Below are positions 8,640-17,452 of a stretch of DNA of 64,000 bases, piece by piece. Source of the DNA: Elusimicrobiota bacterium. Lineage in GTDB: Bacteria; Elusimicrobiota; Endomicrobiia; Endomicrobiales; JBDRNC01. The notes beneath the pieces are model-generated. The model did not search any database. It was not told where the DNA came from and was given only the letters and a program-made list of their open reading frames with translations. Location of the stretch: the NCBI GenBank assembly GCA_043811535.1, contig JBDRNC010000017.1, forward strand, positions 32,001-96,000, written 5' to 3'. Position 1 is the stretch's first letter; each line of letters begins with the position of its first letter. A program made the translations under genes and the position numbers.

Positions 8640-8975
8640 TTATCCTTTCAGTTTTTTGTATTCCGTAATGTCAAATGTCCCGTATTTTTCATGCAGCCTT
8701 ATCGCAAGACTTACCAGGAGTATTGTTACGGACAACCCGATTATAATGGTTATAAGCACGATAGATTGGGCAAGCGGGTCAACCATCGGGCCGGACGCCG
8801 CATTTTCCATTAAAATAGGTATATCGGCTCCTTTTCGATAGCCGATAAGTATAAATAACAGGTTCACCGCGTAATCCATGATTGCGATGCCAATTATCAT
8901 CTTCACGAGATTTTTCTTGGCTATTAACGCGTAGAAACCCACGCCGAACAATACCATGCAGAGAAAATATTCCAT
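8640..8975 (-). CDS. mnhC: Mrp subunit C-like (MbhG)
   Basis: KNLVKMIIG, DPLAQSIVLITIIIG. Confidence 0.92.
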   Translation of the reverse strand: MEYFLCMVLFGVGFYALIAKKNLVKMIIGIAIMDYAVNLLFILIGYRKGADIPILMENAASGPMVDPLAQSIVLITIIIGLSVTILLVSLAIRLHEKYGTFDITEYKKLKG

Positions 8976-8980
8976 AATTC

Positions 8981-9409
8981 CTACTTTTTAATTTTAAATT
9001 CCACGAGCGTTATGAAAACAAGATAAAGGCATCCAGCGACCACCGCGCAAATCGCTGTGTTGAAAAGAAGCATTATGCCGGCGCTGAAAAGCTCGAACGG
9101 TTTTCCGTTGCCCAGGAAATTCCCCAGAAATCCCTTTCCATACATGAATCCTGCGGCGGAGATCGCCAAGAGAATAAGCAACCCGGAATTTTTCAGCAGG
9201 TAAGCCTGTTTTTCGCCTATTTTCGCGGCGGCGTATTTTTTGCCGTATGCGAGCATCAGGTGTATGAAACCGAGCGCTATTATGACGCCGCCCGCGAAAC
9301 CCACGCCATGGGACACGTGCCCGTGCATGAAAATATAGAAACCAAAAAGCATGATGAGCCCGAGTGTCAGCCTCGTTACGGTTTTTACGATAAGTGTCAT
9401 GCCTTTCAT
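8981..9409 (-). CDS. mnhB: MnhB-domain membrane subunit (MbhF-like)
   Basis: HGHVSHGVGFAGG; start reassigned to ATG 9409 (TAATG overlap). Confidence 0.85.
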   Translation of the reverse strand: MKGMTLIVKTVTRLTLGLIMLFGFYIFMHGHVSHGVGFAGGVIIALGFIHLMLAYGKKYAAAKIGEKQAYLLKNSGLLILLAISAAGFMYGKGFLGNFLGNGKPFELFSAGIMLLFNTAICAVVAGCLYLVFITLVEFKIKK

Positions 9410-9924
9410 TAGTTTCTTCTCCCCGTGTTCCTCATTATTGCAAGCACAGCGATAACTGCAGTAAAAATAACGATGATTTCTGCGAGCGAATCGTAAGCCC
9501 TGAATCCGAGCGCTATCGATGACACAATGTTTGAAGCTCCAGTCGCGGGAAAGCCTTTCGCCAGATACACGCTTGAAGTTTTCATTAAAGGTGAACCGAA
9601 CTCGGGCATATATTTCAGCGCATGATAGCATATTATCATGAAGAGCGCGGTGAAAACTGCCGCGGCAACGCTCAGGAATTTATCATTTTTATGCCTTATT
9701 ACGCCGTCATGGGTGACGGTCATCCTGATTAGTATTATCAGGACAAGGATTTCGACAACCAGCTGGACTATCGCGAGGTCCGGAGCTTTTAACAGCAGGA
9801 AACATATCGAAAGCCCCAACCCAACGAATCCTATGGAGATTACGGAAGACAGCAGGTCCTTGAGCTGAAGAGCCAGTATCGCGGCGATTATCATGAAGAT
9901 TAGAAGCAGGTCGATAGATAGCAT
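9409..9924 (-). CDS. MbhD/MbhE-like fused membrane subunit
   Basis: APDLAIVQ, NIVSSI, FRAYDSLAE. Confidence 0.85.
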   Translation of the reverse strand: MLSIDLLLIFMIIAAILALQLKDLLSSVISIGFVGLGLSICFLLLKAPDLAIVQLVVEILVLIILIRMTVTHDGVIRHKNDKFLSVAAAVFTALFMIICYHALKYMPEFGSPLMKTSSVYLAKGFPATGASNIVSSIALGFRAYDSLAEIIVIFTAVIAVLAIMRNTGRRN

Positions 9925-9925
9925 G

Positions 9926-11767
9926 TTAAAATTCCCTCAGAAGTATCGCAAATATAAAAACCATGCCTACAAGGAACCAAAGGATATACGACCTCAGGTT
10001 TCCCGTGTGCGCCGCCGACAGGACGCTTCCGAAACCCAGCACGATCTTGGTCCCGATATTGTACATGTCAAAATATTTTTTCTCCACAAGGGAGTAGACC
10101 GTTTTAAAGAAAGCCATATCAGCGATACTTCTGTAGAAACCCGTGCCCTCGGCTTTTGCCTCAAGAGGGAGGTCTTCGCATCCGGCGAATGGCTTGTCTT
10201 TACGGGACTTGATGTTCCCGAAAAGATAGATAAGCAGTCCGAACAGCAGGCTGACAAGGATAAGGACCGCGGCGGCCGCGTTCTGCCACAGGTCGAAAAA
10301 CGGCCGGTCTGTGTATATGCCGAAATCCGCAAGGCCGGGCAGGATGAACTGCCGCAACGGAACCGAGAACGCGAACAGCCCGAAGACTATGCATAGAACC
10401 GCGATTATTCCCATTGGGACAAGCATTAACGGAGAGACCTCTTTTATCCTGCTTTTCAGTGCCTCGTCGGTTTCGGAAGGTTGTCCTAGAAAAACAGAAT
10501 GCAGCAGTTTAACAAAGCTTGCCAGAGTCAGCGCCGAGCCGAACATCAAGACCGCGAGAACTAGCGTGAAGCAGATCCTGACGGCTGGGCTCAGCCATGA
10601 ATTAGTCATCTGTTCCACGATACCCTGGTATATCATCCATTTGGACACAAAACCGTTGAGCGGCGGGATGCCGGAGATCGAAAGCGACGCGACTAGGCAC
10701 ACGACGAATGTCAGCGGCATGTAACGGGAAAGCCCGCCGAGTTTGTCCAGGTTCGTCGTGCCGGCCCTTTTTTCCACCGCGCCGCCGGAAAGGAAGAGCC
10801 CGCTTTTGTACAATGTATGGTTTATCATGTGAAAAAGCCCGCCGGCTATCCCCACAACTGTGCCCGAAACTATCCCGATAATCATGTAGCCGACCTGCGA
10901 CACGGCGTGGTACGCGAGAAGTTTTTTCATGTCGTGCTGGATCATCGCCATATACACAGCGGCGATAACGGTAACCGCTCCCGTCAACAATAGGAGGAGC
11001 ATCATCGCGGTATTCAGTATGAACAGCTGATGGCATATAATGGTCAGCAGGAATATCCCCATAAGCTTGTCAAGAGCGGCCGGTAGAAAAGCCGTAAGGC
11101 TCATAGGCACTTCCTGCGCGAAATCAGGCACCCATGTATGGAACGGCATCGCGCCGGCTTTCGTGAGCGCGGCGATAATCAAACACAGAAAAGATACGGT
11201 TGCCGCCGGAGAAGAGCCGCTTAGCATTATCCTGTTCGAGCCTTCGTATATTTCAAAACTTCCCGACAGTATGCCGAATATGCACACGCCCAGGACCATT
11301 AGCGAGTCGGAACCGCCGGCGAAGATGAAGGTCTTTTTCGCCGCGTTTGAAGCCCCCGGCGACAAGGTCGCAAGCAGGTAAAGCATCAAACCGGACAATC
11401 CCCAGAAAACAGTGAGAGTTATGAGGTTTGAGCTGTAAACTGCAAACAGCGCGAAACTGACGCAGATGAAGATATAGCCGTAATATTTATTCGGTTTTTC
11501 AACGGAATCGGCGTACCTGAGCGAGTAAGTCGCCGTTATAAACCCAAAAAAGGCACAGGCGAGCCCGATGAATCCCGAAAAATTCATGTAAAGGAACAGC
11601 CCGGTATATGAATCCTGGAACGGCTTGACGAAATTGTATATTCCGTAGCCGAGGCAGTACAGCGCGCCGGCGAACGATAGGGCTTTCAATATTAGTTTTT
11701 GGCCGGACGGCATCAGGAGACATACCAGCCCCAGCGCTAAGATGATAAGTATAGGGTATTCGATCAT
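9926..11767 (-). CDS. NuoL/MrpA/HyfB-type proton-conducting membrane subunit
   Basis: KAGAMPFHTWVP, KKLLAYHAVSQVG, GIPPLNGFVSK, C-terminal HTGNLRSY; 613 aa. Confidence 0.92.
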   Translation of the reverse strand: MIEYPILIILALGLVCLLMPSGQKLILKALSFAGALYCLGYGIYNFVKPFQDSYTGLFLYMNFSGFIGLACAFFGFITATYSLRYADSVEKPNKYYGYIFICVSFALFAVYSSNLITLTVFWGLSGLMLYLLATLSPGASNAAKKTFIFAGGSDSLMVLGVCIFGILSGSFEIYEGSNRIMLSGSSPAATVSFLCLIIAALTKAGAMPFHTWVPDFAQEVPMSLTAFLPAALDKLMGIFLLTIICHQLFILNTAMMLLLLLTGAVTVIAAVYMAMIQHDMKKLLAYHAVSQVGYMIIGIVSGTVVGIAGGLFHMINHTLYKSGLFLSGGAVEKRAGTTNLDKLGGLSRYMPLTFVVCLVASLSISGIPPLNGFVSKWMIYQGIVEQMTNSWLSPAVRICFTLVLAVLMFGSALTLASFVKLLHSVFLGQPSETDEALKSRIKEVSPLMLVPMGIIAVLCIVFGLFAFSVPLRQFILPGLADFGIYTDRPFFDLWQNAAAAVLILVSLLFGLLIYLFGNIKSRKDKPFAGCEDLPLEAKAEGTGFYRSIADMAFFKTVYSLVEKKYFDMYNIGTKIVLGFGSVLSAAHTGNLRSYILWFLVGMVFIFAILLREF

Positions 11768-12963
11768 AATTGCTTTTTGAGCTTCAGCGTTCTTTCCTGT
11801 GACATCCTGAGCAGGTCTCTGCCGGAATAAAGCCGCTTGTCCGTCCCGCGATCAACCACGCTCACTCTTTCCGTGCAGCAGTAGCACGGGTCAACGGCGG
11901 CAAGGACAAGAAGGGCGTCCGAAATGTGATAGCCTATAACGGCCTTTTCGTTTGTAGCGACATTCGCGTACGAAGGCGCGCGGATCTTATGCCGCACCGG
12001 CCTGTTGGACCTGTCGCTGCGCACGTAGTGTATCACTTCGCCGCGCGGCGCTTCGTGTCTTCCTATGCCTTCGCCGGCGGGAATCTCCTTGACGTCCAGA
12101 TCGATCGGTCCCGGGACAGTTTTAAGTTTTTCAAGGCACTGCCTGATTATCTTTACCGACTCGTATATTTCAAGTATCCTGACAACGGCCTTTGAGAAAA
12201 TGTCGCCGCCATCGCACGTCACTATGTCAAAGTCAACAAGCCCGTACGCTGCGTAAGGATCGTCCTTGCGGATGTCGATTGCGAGTCCTGATGCCCTTGC
12301 CATCGGCCCTACCGCTCCGTAATCCTTGATGTCTTGCGCTGTGAGCACGCCAATGCCTTTCGTGCGGGCGTGTATGACGGGATCGTCAAGTATCGCGCCC
12401 TTGAACATGTCAACCGCCTTAAGCAGTTCATCGAGGCTTTTCTGTATCCACGGGATGTCCACCGGGTCCACGTCGCGCCTGACGCCGCCTATCTTCATCA
12501 TGGCGTAGTGCTGCCTGTTGCCGGAAACTTTTTCAAAGACGTCCAGCACGAGCTCGCGGTATTTCCACGCCCACATCCAGACGGTGTTATATCCCAGGAA
12601 ATGCCCGGCAAGCCCGAGCCATAAAAGGTGCGAGTGAATGCGTTCCATCTCGGCGATGAACGTGCGGATATACGCGGTGCGTTCGGGTATCTCGATGCCC
12701 GCAAGGTCCTCGACGGCGTTGCAGAACGCGAACGGATGAGAAGTGGAACATATCCCGCATATCCTTTCAACCGCGAATATGCCCTGGTCGAAATGTTTCG
12801 CTTCCGAGAGTTTCTCTATGCCGCGGTGGTTATAACCGAGCTCTATGTCGATGCCTACCACCTTTTCCCCCTCAACATGGAGCTTGAAAAATTCCGGCTC
12901 CTCCTGGAGCGGATGGTAAGGGCCTATGGGGATGTAACAGCTTTTTTTATTCTCTATGTCCAT
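11764..12963 (-). CDS. Group 4 [NiFe]-hydrogenase large subunit
   Basis: GPYHP, GYNHRGIEK, L1 ERICGIC, EAPRGE, L2 DPCYCCTER followed by a C-terminal extension. Confidence 0.95.
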   Translation of the reverse strand: MDIENKKSCYIPIGPYHPLQEEPEFFKLHVEGEKVVGIDIELGYNHRGIEKLSEAKHFDQGIFAVERICGICSTSHPFAFCNAVEDLAGIEIPERTAYIRTFIAEMERIHSHLLWLGLAGHFLGYNTVWMWAWKYRELVLDVFEKVSGNRQHYAMMKIGGVRRDVDPVDIPWIQKSLDELLKAVDMFKGAILDDPVIHARTKGIGVLTAQDIKDYGAVGPMARASGLAIDIRKDDPYAAYGLVDFDIVTCDGGDIFSKAVVRILEIYESVKIIRQCLEKLKTVPGPIDLDVKEIPAGEGIGRHEAPRGEVIHYVRSDRSNRPVRHKIRAPSYANVATNEKAVIGYHISDALLVLAAVDPCYCCTERVSVVDRGTDKRLYSGRDLLRMSQERTLKLKKQL

Positions 12964-13424
12964 TATTTCTTCTCGTAATCCTTTATTTGATCGCGGTTCT
13001 GGTCCTGGCGGAGAGGGTATTTCCCTTCAGGCCAATCATCCGACAGGAGAAGATGCTTCAGATTCGGGTGACCGGCAAAATCCACGCCGAGCAGTTCGTG
13101 GATCTCGCGTTCGATCCACGATATGCCCTTGATGACCGGGACAAGCGATTCGATAGAGGGAGCGTTTTTATCGGAAAGCAGAACGCGCAGCGAATACACC
13201 TTACCTTCGGAATCTTCCGCGAAATGATAAAGCAGTTCTATACCGTCCCTTCTGTCTATGCCGGTGACCACCATATAGCGGAAATCAAGGTCCCTGTACA
13301 AAAACGCTGCGGCCTCGGTAATATCCTGCTTGCCGATATCGATGTAGATCCTCTTCGGATTTTTTACCTCGGCTTTCAGTATCTTGCCGCCGAGCTTATT
13401 CTTTATCTGTTCTAATGAATCCAT
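12963..13424 (-). CDS. NuoC/MbhK-like subunit
   Basis: EREIHELLGVDFAGHP, DWPEGKYPLR. Confidence 0.92.
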   Translation of the reverse strand: MDSLEQIKNKLGGKILKAEVKNPKRIYIDIGKQDITEAAAFLYRDLDFRYMVVTGIDRRDGIELLYHFAEDSEGKVYSLRVLLSDKNAPSIESLVPVIKGISWIEREIHELLGVDFAGHPNLKHLLLSDDWPEGKYPLRQDQNRDQIKDYEKK

Positions 13425-13855
13425 TATTTCTTCTCTTCGGCCGAGTTAACGGCGTTTATTAGTTTTACTACGCCCGCTATTATTGCTTCCGGTTTCGGCG
13501 GGCAGCCCGGGATGTACGCGTTTACCGGAATTATTTTATCCAGCGGGCCGCAGGTATTGTATGAATCCTTGAAGAATATTTCGGAGCACGCGCAGCTTCC
13601 AAGCGCGACCACAAGGCACGGCTTGGCCGCCTGCTCGTAGAGGCGTTTTATCCTGTGCACGACTTTTTTGTTTACCGCTCCCGTCACCAGCAGGACATCG
13701 GCATGCCTTACCGAACCGACAAGCTGGATGCCGAACCTTTCCAGGTCAAAGCGCGGCGTCAGCGCGTCGAGTATCTCTATGTCGCAGTTGTTACACGGGC
13801 TGCAGGCCGCGTGAAAGACGAACAGAGATTTTGTAAGCGGTTTTAAAGACGGCAT
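13424..13855 (-). CDS. Group 4 hydrogenase small subunit (NuoB/MbhJ-like)
   Basis: CNNCDIE, RHADVLLVTG, GSCA, PGCPPKP. Confidence 0.95.
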   Translation of the reverse strand: MPSLKPLTKSLFVFHAACSPCNNCDIEILDALTPRFDLERFGIQLVGSVRHADVLLVTGAVNKKVVHRIKRLYEQAAKPCLVVALGSCACSEIFFKDSYNTCGPLDKIIPVNAYIPGCPPKPEAIIAGVVKLINAVNSAEEKK

Positions 13856-13871
13856 ATATTCCTTTTAGTCA

Positions 13872-13964
13872 ACCTTCGCCCCAATTTTTTGAGGCTTCGG
13901 CGGATTTCAGCTTGGTGTATTACAGCTTATTCAAGTGCCCCGTTTTACGGGGCAGAGCTTCAAT
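13872..13964. repeat. Dispersed ~92-nt structured element, copy 1
   Basis: Shares accttcgcccc, ggcttcggcggatttcag, cttattca and cttcaat, in order, with 24841-24931. Confidence 0.8.
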
Positions 13965-14871
13965 ATCCTCTCCAGTAAAGTACAAGAGCAAGCAAAGACA
14001 GCGCGGTCATGATACCCCAGAAGAACTTTATCGCCTGGTCAACTCGCACGCGTGGATTTGTATTCCTTATCAGCACCGTTATCACTATTACGGCAAGATA
14101 TTTGAAGATTATCGTCCAAAGTCCCCCTCCGCCCCAGAAAACCGATATGACGAAGAGAGGCCCTATGACGAGCATCATCATCTTTCCGAGTTTCCAGAGC
14201 GCGAGGAGCGGACCGGAATACTCTATCTGGCTTCCGCCTGCCAATTCAGTTTCGGCTTCGGACAAGTCAAACGGCACAAGCCCCAGTTTCGCCTGCAGGC
14301 ACAGCAGCGCGACAACAAAAGCAATCAGCCCGGAAGGGGTCGTGACAAAGGAGCTGAATGTCTGCTGGATAGCGATTATTTCGCCGAGCGAAAGGCTCTT
14401 TGCTTTCAAAATAGCTACGCTGACGCTGAGGATAAAAGGGAGCTCGTAGCTCAGAATGAGTTTCATCTCGCGGCTCGCGCCTAGCGCCGCGAAAGGATTA
14501 TTGGACGCCGAGGCGCCTATAATGATTGCTACCGGAGGTATCATCAACAGGTACAATACTACGATCAGGTCCCCTGCGAAACCGATTCCGGGAAAAATCA
14601 ACGAGAGCACCAGCATGTTGGAAATAACCAGTATAGATATCAGCGCCGCGAAAGGAGCCAGAATGAAAGTCCATGCGCTTCCCTTTTCCGGCAGGATGGT
14701 TTCCTTGAGGAGTAGTTTCCTGATATCGTAGAACGGCTGCAGGATAGGAGGACCGACTCTCCACTGGATCCTTGCGGTAACTTTTCTGTCGATCCATGAA
14801 ACAAGCATTCCCGCAACGCCCAGGAACAGAAGCCCGGGGAAAATCAGATAATAAAAAAGGAGTCTAAACAT
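13960..14871 (-). CDS. NuoH/MbhM-like membrane subunit
   Basis: DRKVTARIQWRVGP, QPFYD, PFDLSEAETE, EYSG, PRVRVDQ. Confidence 0.95.
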   Translation of the reverse strand: MFRLLFYYLIFPGLLFLGVAGMLVSWIDRKVTARIQWRVGPPILQPFYDIRKLLLKETILPEKGSAWTFILAPFAALISILVISNMLVLSLIFPGIGFAGDLIVVLYLLMIPPVAIIIGASASNNPFAALGASREMKLILSYELPFILSVSVAILKAKSLSLGEIIAIQQTFSSFVTTPSGLIAFVVALLCLQAKLGLVPFDLSEAETELAGGSQIEYSGPLLALWKLGKMMMLVIGPLFVISVFWGGGGLWTIIFKYLAVIVITVLIRNTNPRVRVDQAIKFFWGIMTALSLLALVLYWRGY

Positions 14872-15354
14872 TTACTTTTCTTTCTGCCACTTTATGGTGT
14901 GAACGTAGTACAACCCGTTCCTCACCGCGTATATGTCTTTCAGGGGATCTTCTTCGACTTCGATCCATTTAATTGCGTTTAAAGGGCATGTCTTTGTGCA
15001 TACCGGCGGGCTGTCATCCGCCGCACGGTCGAGGCAGTGGTCGCACATAGTGGTTTTGTATTCAACGATATCAGGATATATCACGCCGAACGGGCACGCG
15101 GCCGTGCATGTCTTACACGATGTGCAGCGCATGGAATATCTGTTTAGGAAACCTCCGGGCTTGAACTCAAGCGCGTTCTGAGGGCAACTTTTCACGCAGG
15201 GAGGGTCGTCGCAGCGCCTGCAGACGAGTTCCTGAGCTCCGAGGGCCAGGAGCCTGACCCACCCTTCGTTCTTAGGGTGGTAGTAGTAATCGCACGCAGC
15301 TTTGCACTCTTTGCAGTTATAACAGATTTCCAGATCTATCAATATCTTCTTCAT
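14872..15354 (-). CDS. Poly-[4Fe-4S] electron transfer subunit (HycB/CooF/DmsB-like)
   Basis: CYNCKEC, CRRCDDPPCVKSCP, CTSCKTCTAACP, CDHC...CTKTCP. Confidence 0.9.
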   Translation of the reverse strand: MKKILIDLEICYNCKECKAACDYYYHPKNEGWVRLLALGAQELVCRRCDDPPCVKSCPQNALEFKPGGFLNRYSMRCTSCKTCTAACPFGVIYPDIVEYKTTMCDHCLDRAADDSPPVCTKTCPLNAIKWIEVEEDPLKDIYAVRNGLYYVHTIKWQKEK

Positions 15355-15360
15355 AGTAAA

Positions 15361-15401
15361 CGCAGATTACACAGATTTTAAAAAACCAGATTACGCAGAT
15401 A
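15361..15401. repeat. 9-bp-period repeat (CRCAGATTW)
   Basis: cgcagatta cacagattt ... ccagatta cgcagata. Confidence 0.65.
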
Positions 15402-15402
15402 T

Positions 15403-16224
15403 TTATGCGAACGGATCGTGCAGATCCTTTATTTGTTCGTAAGTGAAAACAGGCCCGTCCTTGCAGATAAAATAAGGGCCTAGCTGGCAGTGCCCGCATT
15501 TTCCAAGTCCGCATGACATGTTCGCTTCCATTGAAAGATAGATGTCTTTCGGTTTGAACCCCACGTCAAGCAGTTTCAGCGTTCCGAACTTCATCATTAT
15601 AGGCGGCCCGCAGACAATAGCGACGGAGTTGGTAAGGTCGGGCTTGACTTTGTCAAGCAGGCACGTCACAAGGCCGACAGTCTCTTTCCATGCTCCTGTA
15701 GGGCACTTGTCCACGCTTCTAAGGAGATGAAGGTTTTTTTCTTTTTTCCACTTTGGGAAAAGATACTTATAAACCACATCTTCCGGCGATTTTGAGCCGT
15801 AGCAAAGCGTTATTTTTTTAAATTGATCTTTCAATTCAAGCAATGTAAGCAAAAACGACCGTAAAGGAGCCATTCCAACCCCGCCGCCGAGTATCAGGAT
15901 CTCTTTTCCGCTGAATTTATCCACGGGATAGCCCTTGCCGTACGGGCCGCGGATTCCCAGCGTTTCGCCGCCTTTAAGCTCGTGGAGCTTGCCGGTTACG
16001 TATCCTGCTTTCATTATGGTGATATCTACGGTTTCCGTAGAAAAGGGTGAGGATGACGGAGTGAATGGAGCCTCTCCGACGCCGGGCAGCGAAAGCTCCA
16101 CGAATTGTCCCGTGGAAAAGCGGAACTTTTCCTCGGGCCTGAAAGTGAAGGTTTTAATATTCGAGGTTTCTTCTATGATTTTCTCAAGTTTTACCGGTAT
16201 TGGTTTGTACGGGCTCTGTATCAT
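15403..16224 (-). CDS. FAD/NAD(P)-binding [2Fe-2S] subunit (AsrB/sulfhydrogenase gamma-like)
   Basis: GQF, GEAPF, RGPYG, GGGVGMAP, CGPPIMM, CGLGKCGHC...CKDGPVF. Confidence 0.93.
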   Translation of the reverse strand: MIQSPYKPIPVKLEKIIEETSNIKTFTFRPEEKFRFSTGQFVELSLPGVGEAPFTPSSSPFSTETVDITIMKAGYVTGKLHELKGGETLGIRGPYGKGYPVDKFSGKEILILGGGVGMAPLRSFLLTLLELKDQFKKITLCYGSKSPEDVVYKYLFPKWKKEKNLHLLRSVDKCPTGAWKETVGLVTCLLDKVKPDLTNSVAIVCGPPIMMKFGTLKLLDVGFKPKDIYLSMEANMSCGLGKCGHCQLGPYFICKDGPVFTYEQIKDLHDPFA

Positions 16225-17258
16225 AATTTGACCTTTTCTTTAAGGGCGGACGAATCGTTGTCTTTTAGTCTCTGAAGACTTCTCCTGATGTCTATATTTC
16301 CCTGGCAGACATCAACGCAGCGGCCGCATCCCGTGCAGGCGTAGAAACCGAAATTTTTCGGCCTTAGCGAGAGCTTGCACATGTACCAGTTTCTGAGTCG
16401 TTCAAACCTGTTCTTGTGCGGGTTTCCGCCGCCGGCGACCCTCCAATAACCCGTGGACTGGCAAGAATCCCATGTCCTCAGTTTTTCCCACAGTTTTTTC
16501 GTTTCACCCAGCAGAAAACAGTAGCATGTCCCGCAGACGAAACGGCAGGCGTCGCATTCAACGCAAGTTTTTGCTATGCCTTCCGTCCAGACAATCGAGC
16601 CAGAATTATTTTCAACTATATCTTTCGGGTCTTTCCAGTCAAAGTCCTTGTTATTGGCGTTGACAGATTCAAGCATTTTACTTCTCAATTTGTTCCTTTC
16701 ATCCAGATGGTCCTTGCGCGGTTCTTCAAAAAGATGCTTCCTGTGCGAAATCAGCGTTTTGCCAGTCTCGGAGCCGCATTCAGCGATGAAACCCGATGCC
16801 ACCGGCGAAAGGTTTATGTCAAAACCTTTTTCAGGATAGGGTTTTCCTCCCATGAGAGTGCAGAAACAACTCGGTGCGCAAGCATCGCAATCTCCGGAGA
16901 TAATAATCATGCTTTGTCTTTTCAAGCCATAATAGGGATCTATCAGCGCGCCGCCTATGAACATGGAATCCAGGGTGGCAAGATGCGCGATGTCGCATTG
17001 CTTGGCGCCGGCGACGATGAATTTCGTGTCGCCGGTATCGCCGGTTACTTCCTCTTTTGCCGGAAAAACGAAATTCTTAAGCGGCTGTACTCCCCTGTAC
17101 TTGTTTATGGTCATATCCGAGGCTTTTTCGAAAGGTATTTTTTCCCAATGAAGGTGTTTACCGTCATTATCCGGGACAAGGCCGTAGGCGGCGGAATCCT
17201 TTATAAGTGATTGAAGGAAGTTGTTAAAGTTGGCAAGAGAGATATAAAATATGTCCAT
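16221..17258 (-). CDS. [4Fe-4S] subunit (AsrA/sulfhydrogenase beta-like)
   Basis: CFC, CVECDACRFVCGTCYCF, RTWDSC, CTGCGRCVDVC. Confidence 0.92.
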   Translation of the reverse strand: MDIFYISLANFNNFLQSLIKDSAAYGLVPDNDGKHLHWEKIPFEKASDMTINKYRGVQPLKNFVFPAKEEVTGDTGDTKFIVAGAKQCDIAHLATLDSMFIGGALIDPYYGLKRQSMIIISGDCDACAPSCFCTLMGGKPYPEKGFDINLSPVASGFIAECGSETGKTLISHRKHLFEEPRKDHLDERNKLRSKMLESVNANNKDFDWKDPKDIVENNSGSIVWTEGIAKTCVECDACRFVCGTCYCFLLGETKKLWEKLRTWDSCQSTGYWRVAGGGNPHKNRFERLRNWYMCKLSLRPKNFGFYACTGCGRCVDVCQGNIDIRRSLQRLKDNDSSALKEKVKL

Positions 17259-17277
17259 TAACAGGTTGCCTTTGGTA

Positions 17278-17295
17278 TTGTGAAATATTTCACAA
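17278..17295. promoter_or_regulatory. Rex operator
   Basis: TTGTGAAATATTTCACAA, a perfect palindrome matching TTGTGAANNNNTTCACAA, ~20 nt upstream of the ATG at 17258. Confidence 0.85.
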
Positions 17296-17327
17296 GTATA
17301 GATAAAAAATAAAGAACTTCTATTTAA

Positions 17328-17356
17328 ATTATATTACATTGACGGCGGAAAGTCAA
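17328..17356 (-). promoter_or_regulatory. Sigma70 promoter of the hydrogenase operon
   Basis: TTGACT (17356-17351), 17-nt spacer, TATAAT (17333-17328). Confidence 0.85.
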
Positions 17357-17367
17357 TATTTAATACA

Positions 17368-17452
17368 GCAATTAGCTATTGGCAATTAGCGATTAGTAAA
17401 AACCTAAGAAAAGAACTACCAACAACCAAAAACTAATAACCAATCACCAACT
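17368..17452. repeat. Inverted pair of 7-bp arrays directly after the etfA stop
   Basis: gcaatta gctattg gcaatta gcgatta gt ... accaaca accaaaa actaata accaatc accaact. Confidence 0.8.

Noticed and set aside
11764..12963. Complex I NuoD or Ni-less MBS/Ehr subunit
   Set aside because: Both CxxC Ni-binding motifs, a C-terminal extension, a maturation protease and hyp genes are present
15403..17258. Sulfite reduction (AsrABC)
   Set aside because: No siroheme AsrC gene in the window
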